A stretch of 64,000 nucleotides of DNA from Oopsacas minuta. Taxonomy: Eukaryota > Animalia > Porifera. Shown in pieces: positions 24,051 to 34,119 of the stretch. The position numbers were made by a program, and so were the translations under genes. Each line of letters starts with the position of its first letter. Position 1 is the first letter of the stretch. Below the pieces are notes generated by a model that was not told where the DNA came from, made no database searches, and saw only the letters and a list, made by a program, of their open reading frames with translations. The DNA lies in assembly GCA_024704765.1 (NCBI GenBank), contig JAKMXF010000111.1, forward strand, positions 1,070,619 through 1,134,618, written 5' to 3'.

Positions 24051-24357
24051 CCAATTCATTGTATTATAGAATTTGTGCATATGTGTATACGTTTGTAAAT
24101 AACCAAACTCAGGTAAGTGATTAGTGATTGTATATATTTGAACAATTCTATGGTAATTCTTTTTAGGCTGTTTGCTTTTTGTATTTTAACCTTGTGGGAT
24201 GATGTGATCTCTCAATTTGGTACTACATTCACTGCGTATGTATACCGTAAAACTTAGTTGCAATACTTGTTATCAACTAAAGTTTCGAGTTATATATTCG
24301 GTAGCTAATAAACCCTTATTTCGTTCAAATACAATTAGATAGTGTGGGTAAATAGAA

Positions 24358-25555
24358 ATGAGTTGTTTACCTACTCCGGAGGCGAGGCATGCCAAAGAGG
24401 TGAATCAACAGATCCAGCGAGATCTTAAGAAACACAAGAAAGATTTGAAAAATACGAAGAAGCTTCTCTTACTGGGAACAGGCGAATCGGGTAAAACTAC
24501 GTTTATCAAACAAATGCGTATACTACATGGCAAGCCTTATTCACAAGCGGAACTGGATAACTTCCGTACTCTCGTATATCGTAACATCTACATTGCAGTT
24601 CAGATACTAATTGATGCTATGGATAGGCTAAGTATCCAGTACGAGGAAGCACCAGTTGAGGCAGAGACGAATAGGATCCTTGAAATTGACTATGAGAATC
24701 TTCCTGATCAACTACCCCCAGCTGATTACAGTTATATCAATAAATTCTGGAAAGATAAAGGTATACTTCATCAAAATAAATAATTACTTAGTAATATTAA
24801 TTCCAATACAAATTATTGAACATAAAAAGGCTTAAGAATAGGGATTTCGGGTATTTTGTATGCTAAGTTTGACTGTTTTTATAGGTGTGAAGCAGTGCTT
24901 TGAGAAGAGAAACAAATTCCAGATCTCAGATTCCGCAGAATACTTTCTAGACGCTCTAGACCGCGTGAAGGAAGATGACTACAACCCAACACGAGAAGAC
25001 ATCGTGAGGGTACGTCTCAAGACAGTAGGGGTACACGAGTACAATTTCAACATCCACGGACAGAACTTCCTCATGGTAGATGTAGGCGGCCAGCGAGGAG
25101 AGCGCAGGAAATGGATTTCTTCTTTTGAGAATGTACAAAGTGTAATATTCCTTACTGCAATCAGTGAGTATGATCAAGTCCTGGCTGAGACTGAGGAAGA
25201 TGATAACCGACTCTTGGAGAGCTTACAACTCTTTGAGACGATTATCAGATATCCATGGTTTAAAAACGCAGCGATAGTGGTGTTCTTCAACAAGTTTGAT
25301 CTATTCGAAAAGAAGATATTGACATCTAACCTTGAGGAGTATTTCCCTTACGAGGGGCCTCGAGCAGACGTTGAGGAGGCCAAGAATTATATAGAACAGA
25401 TGTTCAGCGAGGTATATGGTGGTCGCGGCGAAAAGCTGTCCACACATTTCACCTGTGCTACAGACACTGATGCGATGGGGAAGATATTCGAAGCAGTGAA
25501 GAGTTACATCCTGAGCCAAAACATTAAAGAAATAGCTGGAGGAAACTTTTCTTAG
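24358..25555 (+). CDS. Heterotrimeric G protein alpha subunit, Gq-like, copy 2 (exons 24358-24760, 24885-25555)
   Basis: Same motifs as copy 1; four amino-acid differences. Confidence 0.93.
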
Positions 25556-26358
25556 CCAATTCATTGTATTATAGAATTTGTGCATGTGTATACGTTTGTA
25601 AATAACCATACTCAGGTAAGTGATTAGTGATTGTATATATTTGAACAATTCTATGGTAATTCCTTTTAGGCTGTTTGCTTTTTGTATTTTATTTCCTGTT
25701 ACTATTACTATTGTATTAGTTGCATAGCTTGCTGTTTTATTCATAACATTATTATTAGCATATAAATTATTGTTTGTTTACATTTCGGTTAATTAGGTAA
25801 ATCGATTGAAGGGAAATTTCCGTATTTCTGTTTTAAATAAATGATATAACAAAAGTTTGGATTCTATATTTATATTTACTCTTTCAGGCATTGTCAGCGT
25901 CAATACCCGAATGAGGATACGTATATCAATATTAAATTGCATATTTGGTGGACAAGGACAGATTAGAGATGATAGAGATGATACATATAAGTACAGTGGG
26001 TAACCCTATTAGCACCTTGGGTTTTGGTTCTCTAACAGTTCCTAATATGCTAGGTAGCTAATAGGCGAACATAATTCGTACAAAATCTACACTTGGAACC
26101 TGAAAATAGGTTGCTAATAGACAAATATTGCTATTAAGCTAGTTGCCAGCTAACAAGTGAATTCGTCTACGTATGTTGGTAAGGTAAGTGCACTTATCCA
26201 TAGTAAACACCTGAAATCAGATATGGTCAATGAAATATTATGGTATAGATAGAACTCATATACTTTGCTCATAATTATAAGGTCGTGAAATATTTATTAA
26301 TCGCATCTAATCAAAATTGAGAAATAATATTTGAAATAATCTCTAAAGTATTTATTCA

Positions 26359-27309
26359 CTAGTTACGTCCTTTCCTGATCTTTATCTGCTTCCTTCTCAG
26401 TTTACCGGGTCTTTTGTTGAGATTACCTTTAGTCTTTTTGACTGAAGGTTTGCTATTCTTGTAAGATTTGAATCCAGACATATCTGCTGACGACTGAGCT
26501 GAATTTCTCTTTCTAGTTTTTCCGCTCTTCCCACCGAATCCGAACTTTCGATCTTTCCAATCTCTTCTCTTGTTGGTCGTAGCGTTTCTATCTAGTTTGC
26601 CTTTTATTGGGAATTTCTTCCTGGGGGATTTCGTATCGTCTTCAAACTTGCGCTTTTTATCTCTACTCTCCTCAACTAACTCATCTCCTGCTCCTATAAA
26701 AGCACCAGATCGTCTTGATTTAAGTTTGCTTTTACCCATCTTCCTCTCAGCTTTTAGCTTTTTCCTATTCTCTCTATCTTTCTTAGCTTTCTCTCTCATC
26801 TCCTCTATCTTCTCTTGCATAACCAGTTTCTCTCTAACTCGCTGCATGTGTGATTCAGATTTTAACATTTCAGCTAAATAATCTTCAGGTCTTTCAGTTT
26901 CTATTCCTAAACTCTTCAATTTCCCGAAAGCGTTTATTACACCTTTCTGCGCTTGTTGGTAGAAGCTCAATTCGCGATTAAAGTCATCATGTATATCTAT
27001 CTCTGTGGAATGTTTATCTTTATCCTCGCTGTCATTAACCGCGATTAAAGGCACATTAACTGCCATACGTTCTATCCACTGCTCGGGATAACCTCGCTTT
27101 AAGTTAAGCAACGATTTCTTAATACCAGAAATGTTATTGATTGTTTTAGCATAATCAACAGGAGTTTCCTCAGTTAATTGTTGTCTGTAGAGGTGGCCAG
27201 ACTTCAGGTCTCCTCGCAAGAACTGCTCTCTAAGATCTACGTCCTCACTGTCTGTTGAGTTAACTTCCCATTCATCCATGGATTCATCCTGAGAATCAGC
27301 TTGATTCAT
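26359..27309 (-). CDS. EBNA1BP2: rRNA-processing protein EBP2, intronless
   Basis: DDFNRELSFYQQAQ, RPEDYLAEMLKSESHMQRVR, KDRKFGFGGK and KRPGKLRR motifs. Confidence 0.92.
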   Translation of the reverse strand: MNQADSQDESMDEWEVNSTDSEDVDLREQFLRGDLKSGHLYRQQLTEETPVDYAKTINNISGIKKSLLNLKRGYPEQWIERMAVNVPLIAVNDSEDKDKHSTEIDIHDDFNRELSFYQQAQKGVINAFGKLKSLGIETERPEDYLAEMLKSESHMQRVREKLVMQEKIEEMREKAKKDRENRKKLKAERKMGKSKLKSRRSGAFIGAGDELVEESRDKKRKFEDDTKSPRKKFPIKGKLDRNATTNKRRDWKDRKFGFGGKSGKTRKRNSAQSSADMSGFKSYKNSKPSVKKTKGNLNKRPGKLRRKQIKIRKGRN

Positions 27310-28077
27310 ATCTTTAATGTTTTTATGCTAACAACCTAGAATTTATCAGAACTTTGAATTTAATAGACATCGTCAGTTTATTTGTTTATTCGTCACATCG
27401 GTTATCCGAACTCTTCTGGTGCCAACATTTATTTTTCCTATTTCGTACATATTTTCGTGGCCTCCCTCAATTATCCTGTTGCAAACTTGAAATATATTAT
27501 TTACTTAATTATACATTGAGAATTTCAAAAAATATTATGAGAATGTTGACTCAGATTTCTAAATAAAATATAGATGTGAAAAGAAAATCCGAGCTTCTAG
27601 GCTGGATAACTTGAGGTATAAATGTTTATTTGTAATAAAACTTTGTTTCCATCCTGCTCATACATAGTTATAACCTTTGTTGCCAAAATATTGTCTCGTG
27701 TTTACCTCTCAGTTCAAAATAAATAATTGTCACAATTTATAAAAGCAGCCAAAGTTATAGCTTACCAGATAAGGAAATTAATCTGATAAGTGCATGGAAA
27801 GTTTATGATAACATTCTATTAAGTAATTACGTACAGTAGAGTTTACTTATTAGCAACTTGGGTTTTGCCTTTTTCAAACAGTTGCTTATAGGGTAACATA
27901 TTTAGTACATAATTTACACTTAGGATCTGAATCTTTGAATTTCTCAGCTTGATATAACAAAACTCATAAATTGTACTGAGCGACACACTAATGAAATGAA
28001 ATTCGAGGAATCAGAATAGTTTCTATTGTAACAATACCTGTATTACATATGTACGGTAGTTCAACAGCTGTTAGCTT

Positions 28078-29088
28078 ATGTTAGATGAAGGCGATAGCCC
28101 TACAGCTTGTAATACATGTACAAGCCTGGTATGTAAACCTGATAGAGACAATGAAACTAAGCTAAAACTACGAGTAGAGCAGCAACTAGATGTTATTTGT
28201 TCACTGAAATGTGAAGTTAACAGTCAAGAGAAAGATAACATAATTATGAGAAATGACATCGGTAAGATAGAAGAGAGTAGGAGTCAGTTACAGATTAAGT
28301 TAGCTAAGGAACAGAGAGCAAGGGATTTACTGAATGATAGATTTGATACGTTAGCAGATAATCACAATGAAATGATTGTAATCATGAAGGAATACAAGAG
28401 GGAGTGTGAAGAGTTAAGAAAAACTCTCTCCAGCAGAGAGGTAGAATCAAGTCAATCTCATCAACTGACATTACAAAATTTGAGTGAAGAATCAGATGAA
28501 AAGTCAAAAGAAATTGAACAATTAAATAGCAAGATAGCTGTTCTAGAGGAGATTAACAATAACCTCTCTCAACAAAGTAGTGAACTAAAGAAAACAGTTT
28601 ATTCACTATCAAACCAAGAAATACAGCTTAAATCAGAATTAGATAGAGTCAGAGAGGAGAGTGACGTCAGAGTATTGTGTTGTGATGATAAAATAGAAGA
28701 ATTTAATAAGCTGGAAGAGAAAACTGAAAATGAGAAAAATAAATTAAAGCTACAATTACTGGCTGCAGAAGATAGCAAAAATAGTTTTGAGCTATATAAT
28801 AAGGAATTAGAAGAAAAGTTGAAAGTTTCACAAATAGAATTAGATAATCTGAGAGGAGAAGTGAGAGATAGTGATGCGAAGAGGAGAATTTCAGAGAACA
28901 GATTCCAATTAGAAGCAGAGAAAGTGAACAAAGATTTACAAGTAAAACACCTGAGAGAAGAGTTAGACAATGTTCAGCAAGAGTTATCCTCACTCACTAG
29001 CAAACATCAAAGCTACAAACAATATACTAACGAACTTTTGTCGCAAGAAAGAGAGATTAATAAGAAACTTACATCAATTTTATCTTAA
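28078..29088 (+). CDS. CCDC89: Coiled-coil domain-containing protein 89-like, intronless
   Basis: LRVEQQLDVICSLK, DRFDTLADNHNEMI, RFQLEAEKVNKDLQV and ELLSQEREINKKL match recalled CCDC89 blocks. Confidence 0.75.
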   Translation: MLDEGDSPTACNTCTSLVCKPDRDNETKLKLRVEQQLDVICSLKCEVNSQEKDNIIMRNDIGKIEESRSQLQIKLAKEQRARDLLNDRFDTLADNHNEMIVIMKEYKRECEELRKTLSSREVESSQSHQLTLQNLSEESDEKSKEIEQLNSKIAVLEEINNNLSQQSSELKKTVYSLSNQEIQLKSELDRVREESDVRVLCCDDKIEEFNKLEEKTENEKNKLKLQLLAAEDSKNSFELYNKELEEKLKVSQIELDNLRGEVRDSDAKRRISENRFQLEAEKVNKDLQVKHLREELDNVQQELSSLTSKHQSYKQYTNELLSQEREINKKLTSILS

Positions 29089-30991
29089 CCAAATATACCA
29101 TGATTTATTGTCCAGTATATCCGTATAATATGATAATTATTACATCTTAAAGGAGCTTTTATAACTATACATGCTTATCCAATGTTGTCTTTAAGTTGCG
29201 TTGTTATGTTAAGTATAAAAGTAAGCTAGTTTCGAAATATTCTTCCGCGCATGACAGTAGTATACATTCTATGAGATGCTAGTTGTATATACTCTTTCAA
29301 ATGAAAAATGTTATTTCTATAATTCGCGAAACGTAAGAGAAAGCCCATCATTGTCAGACTAAAACATATTTTGTTGGAACTAATAATTTTGATTAGAGGC
29401 ATATGGGCTGCTCTTTATTTCAAGTTGATGCCACAATACTAAAATATAATTATTCAGTTCATTAATCTCGGTGAAAACTAACATCCAGTATTCAATATTA
29501 ATTGTACTGAACTGATAATTTGGTTAGATAGCACCTGCTTGTGAGTACAGCATAAGATCTTAAATAAATTACCGCTAACCTTCTTGGTAGAGATGTGACT
29601 ATTCTGTGACTGTTATCTAATTAATACCCTTATTAATTTAGTAATCCGGATTAAACTAAAATTGAGTCTTTTTAAAGAAAACCTATTTAAAATCATATTC
29701 TATCAAATTATCTATAATCTAATTAAATCATAAACTGATTAAAAACTGTTGCTCTGTAATTGAGTGATAAATTCACTTAGTTTGAATAATATTTTTCACA
29801 GATTATTAAGATATAGATCCTTTGAGTTATCATAGCAACGACAAGAGTACATTGAAATTCACGTAAAAAAACATGCATACTCTAATCCACGTGTAGAATT
29901 AATTTGAGATAGCATACCTGTTTTAAAATCAACATAGCGTGAATTTAATAATTAGAGAAAATAATCCACCCAATTTACTCTATATATCCACACATTTTCT
30001 AATCATTTATACCATCAATTTCTTCCTACGAGAAAAGGCCATAAGTTCAAATTCTTAACATAATTACAATAGCAATTTCTAGAACTCACAATACAACTCC
30101 CCCAGCCTTATGTTGCAAAACATTACCTATAGTAATAGTAAATACTCATGAGGTTGAAGGAAAAGAATATTTTCTTTCTATAAAAAACATCACCATACGT
30201 ATGCAGCAAATTTGGGAGTAGCTGAATTTGTTTTATGAAACATACTAAGAATTCAATAGATAATTATCCCAGTATAATAATGGCATTTCATCAAATTCCA
30301 CTCCCAACCAAACAAACTGCTGACATCTGTTGAGAGCATAATCAACTTGTACTTGACATCAATAAAGATGAATGAAATGATATTTAATTCATTATGTAGC
30401 AAGAATTATGTTGGTTAGGTATTCTGCTTGGGTGTGGTATTAATGTCTCCCCCACTTTGCGTTAGTAAGTAATGGAAACAATTGGCATTTTAAACTATCT
30501 AGCCTAGGGAAGACATACTATTTGAAAAGGAAGAAATTTGTCTGTAAACAAACCCAGTCAACATTATAACGAAAATATATTGAAAACATAGCATCACTGG
30601 CTATTTTATGTTCATAGTTGGTAAGAGAGTCGTATCGTAGAGGTTGTCAGCCAGTTTGAGTCTCTAGCTTACAGTTAGCCAATATATAAACCTCACACAT
30701 AAATATATAGAATATATAATTATTAATTTGCGTTTATTTCAATATTAAATGGGAATAATGTTACGAAATTTTGGCAGGTGGAAAATATTAACTTCTCAGC
30801 TGTATTACCAAATAATGTATTAATTATGGATACTGTATTTCTCTGGTAAGGGCAAGAAGATACGTACTTAGTTGGATAATTCATGATTTACTATTACTGT
30901 ACATCTACTGTTCTATACAATTCGAATGGAAGGGGATTTTGGAAGTTTGTTGCACGAAGGAATGTATTCTGGGTGCTGACGAAATACAGTG

Positions 30992-31077
30992 TATACTATA
31001 CTATACTATATTATATTATACTATACTATACTATACCTGTCTCTTATACTATACTATACTATACTATACTATACTAT
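30992..31077. repeat. (TATAC)n/(TATAT)n microsatellite
   Basis: Direct reading of the sequence. Confidence 0.9.
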
Positions 31078-31312
31078 TTTATATTATTCTGTCAATTTCA
31101 TAATTTTTTTAATATTTGTTTTTAATATCCATAATCCATCTTACACAATTAATTGTTAGAATTTACGAATTCCTAAAATTGAGCAAATACAGGATACAAT
31201 AAGCAATAGCCTCATTGGAATAAATACAAATATTATAACTTAAAATGATTGAAATCTACACAATGAAGATCAATATTAAAACAACCAATTAAATAACAAA
31301 CAACATTGAAGT

Positions 31313-32023
31313 TCAAAAATATCTGCAACAATTCGATTGTACTCCCTCTGTTCTAACATTATCATGTATTGTGATAGTATCTCCATCATGATGTGTATCA
31401 TCTATATCTAATTCAATTATTTGAGTAGATATTTTGGTAGAGGGCTGTTGTAAGTAAAGCGAGGGTAGAGTTTTCTTGCTCACAGCAACCAATGCTTCTG
31501 CAGCAATTGATATTAATACTTGTTCTACGTTCTCTCCAGTGAGAGCATTTGTGAGGAAGAAAGATAAGGAATGCTTTTTAGCAATGTCTTTTCCTTCCAG
31601 CAAAATAGGTAATGTAGTATCCCTAGATAAATAGTCCATTTTGTTACCGACTATAGCTTTAGCACATGATGTGAGGTGACACAGATTGGAGAGAAAGTTC
31701 TCTATCTCTCCAAGACTTTTGTGATTTGATAAATCAAATACAAGCAAGGCACCATGCAGCATCTTACCCCATGATTCAATTGCAATTTTAGGCGTCGTCT
31801 GCCTTGCAGCAAGATTCCTCCAATGAAATAGTATTATTTTCACATTTATGCCATCAATAGCAACTTCACATTGTCGGTATGCAGGCCGAGTAGTCAGTGA
31901 GGATTTGGTAAACTGTGATATCAAAGTGTTACAACCTACACTATCGTCTCCTACAAGAACGATTCGTAACACACAACCGAATTGAGAGAGATCCTTCAGA
32001 ACTGTTCTATCTTGAGTTGCCAT
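31313..32023 (-). CDS. Divergent Rab-like small GTPase with degenerate G1/G3 motifs, intronless
   Basis: RIVLVGDDSVG, HGALLVFDLSN, AIVGNKMD, FFLTNALTGENVEQ and C-terminal CCRYF. Confidence 0.85.
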   Translation of the reverse strand: MATQDRTVLKDLSQFGCVLRIVLVGDDSVGCNTLISQFTKSSLTTRPAYRQCEVAIDGINVKIILFHWRNLAARQTTPKIAIESWGKMLHGALLVFDLSNHKSLGEIENFLSNLCHLTSCAKAIVGNKMDYLSRDTTLPILLEGKDIAKKHSLSFFLTNALTGENVEQVLISIAAEALVAVSKKTLPSLYLQQPSTKISTQIIELDIDDTHHDGDTITIHDNVRTEGVQSNCCRYF

Positions 32024-32156
32024 CTAATCTGCCTTTTACAGGTTCGTAATTATAATATACGTAGTAACAGAAATAATATTTATAATTAATAAATTTTACA
32101 TTTTAATAATATTAAATTTCTGTAAACGTAGGTAAGTAGTATTTCCGGGAGAAAAC

Positions 32157-32264
32157 CAAAAATACATTTGTTATCGCTTTAAAATTCAAAAATACATTTG
32201 TTTTCGCTTTAAAATTCAAAAATACATTTGTTTTCGCTTTAAAATTCAAAAATACATCTGTTTT
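32157..32264. repeat. 30-bp tandem repeat, about 3.6 copies
   Basis: Unit CAAAAATACATTTGTT(A/T)TCGCTTTAAAATT repeated head to tail. Confidence 0.92.
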
Positions 32265-32535
32265 GATAAACAAATTCACTTTCAATGAAGTTGTTTAATC
32301 TGCATTTTCGCTAACTTAAGATTCGTATTTTTGACTTAGATTACAATGTAATCAGATATTTACTAATCAATTAGTGGTAGTGCAGTTGAGTACCTAGTTT
32401 AGCATGCTTTTACCTCACTGAAATATTAAAAGTATAAATACTGCTTCTAAAGTGTATTATTTAACGAGAGCTGAGCTTTTATTCAATATTGTGATCAATT
32501 TTTATAACGCTTTAATTAACAACCAAAAAATAAAT

Positions 32536-33531
32536 ATGGTAGATGTCCCTTGCTATCCAGGCGATTACCTGCGAATGAATAACGAGAGTATGTTCTACTC
32601 TCAAAATATGTATCAATTTCGTTCAGATCAGTTCAATTGTGCTCCTTATCTTCCACCTCATGCGCTAGCACAAAGACCATACAATCCTATCAACCACAAT
32701 AATATTCCACCTCATAACTATGTTCACGAACCTCAATACATGCCACCCTGTACACCGATGAGTCAGCTTTCTTTCTGCAATGAACAACCTATTTCTCCTC
32801 AAGATATATCTCCTTTCCAAACTCCACCCCAGAAAATATGCTACTATGCAGATTCAAACGATGGGTACACTCCGAATCTGCCCAACGATTTGAACAATTA
32901 TGTGCAAACAAGCCAATCCACAAGCGAATCAACTGAGAGTGAGGTAATTACTGCTTCTAATAACTAAGCCTAATAATTTGTAGTAAAAGCACAAATTAAC
33001 AAATGTAAATAATAAATTTGCAAATTTAGAACATTTTATTTTAGGAAATGAGCAAAGAAGATGTGAAAAATGTAATGAGTAAACAGATAATAGCAATATT
33101 GGAACAACAGGGTCCAACGGCTAATGGAAAGAGGAAAAGAATAAAAGTAAGAAATTTTCTAATTATATGCTAATTATGCATGTATCGTTCATTTATTGCT
33201 TGTAATTAAAATTATCAATTCTTTAGAAAGGAACCCTTACTCAATCGCAAAAAGTATATTTGAGAAGAGAGAGGAATCGTGTCGCAGCCACAAAGTGCAG
33301 AGAAAAGAGAAAGCAACAAAGCAGCGTCACTAAACTGGTAAGTATTGAAATATTACTTCAAACATTTCAATCTTTATTTTAATTGATATATTTTTATAGA
33401 AATATGAGGAATATAATGAAAAAAATCTGGAAATTCGGATGGATATCGAACGCTTGGAGCGACAAAAAGTGTACCTGCTTAGCGTAATAGAATCCCACTC
33501 TTGTATCAAAACCCCTCATATCACTTCGTGA
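32536..33531 (+). CDS. bZIP transcription factor, Fos/ATF3/ATF2-like, 4 exons
   Basis: Basic region LRRERNRVAATKCREKRK, zipper ending LLSVIESHSC, Pro/Asn-rich N-terminus; GT-AG introns in frame. Confidence 0.85.
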
Positions 33532-34119
33532 AACCCCAAAGATCAAAAAATTTAAATCCTGGCGTACACAATGCATTTTCAAACTTGGAAGATATTGCAA
33601 AATTACAGATCTCCCAATTAATTATTTTATTCGGATGTTGCTTTTTTAATATCAATTTATTGATTGCTTATAGATCTCTTTATAGAATAATTTATAAGAG
33701 TTTAATCAAGATTCTTATGTTTGAAGAAATTAAATCTCAATAAAGAATTTACTTACATTTATATTACGTACTTCATAGTGTCTAACTGGGAAACTAGATT
33801 TGCACAAATTCCTTTCCCAAGAAAGGCAATGATTAGATCAATAAGGAATACGATGGAATAATAGAGAATATCGGAAAACTTCCATAGATACAAAGAATTT
33901 GAATTATCTTTGAAGTATAACTTGAAATGCTTGTTGTAAAGGGATACTTCAAAATATATTCGGACACCTTCCGAGCACTTTACCGCTAACTATTGTGAGA
34001 TAGCAAAACTGTAATCTCTACCTTAGGATTACCAATAAAAGTAGCAAAAATCTGCTCATTTAATTATTGATGCTTTGGGCCATATCCAAAAAATAAACTC
34101 ATGTACATTGTTGGCAATG

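Larger units (their letters stand above)
22682..25690 (+). repeat. Direct tandem duplication, unit about 1505 bp, each unit carrying one G-alpha gene
   Basis: 22682-24186 and 24187-25690 are nearly identical, including flanks and intron. Confidence 0.95.

Noticed and set aside
25888-25920. Isolated AG/GT-bounded mini-exon candidates (also about 5225-5262, 5532-5573, 29820-29863)
   Set aside because: They could not be linked into a gene model, and such sites are expected by chance.
32157-32264. CRISPR-like appearance of the 30-bp repeat
   Set aside because: The units are contiguous with no spacers, and the context is eukaryotic with no cas genes.
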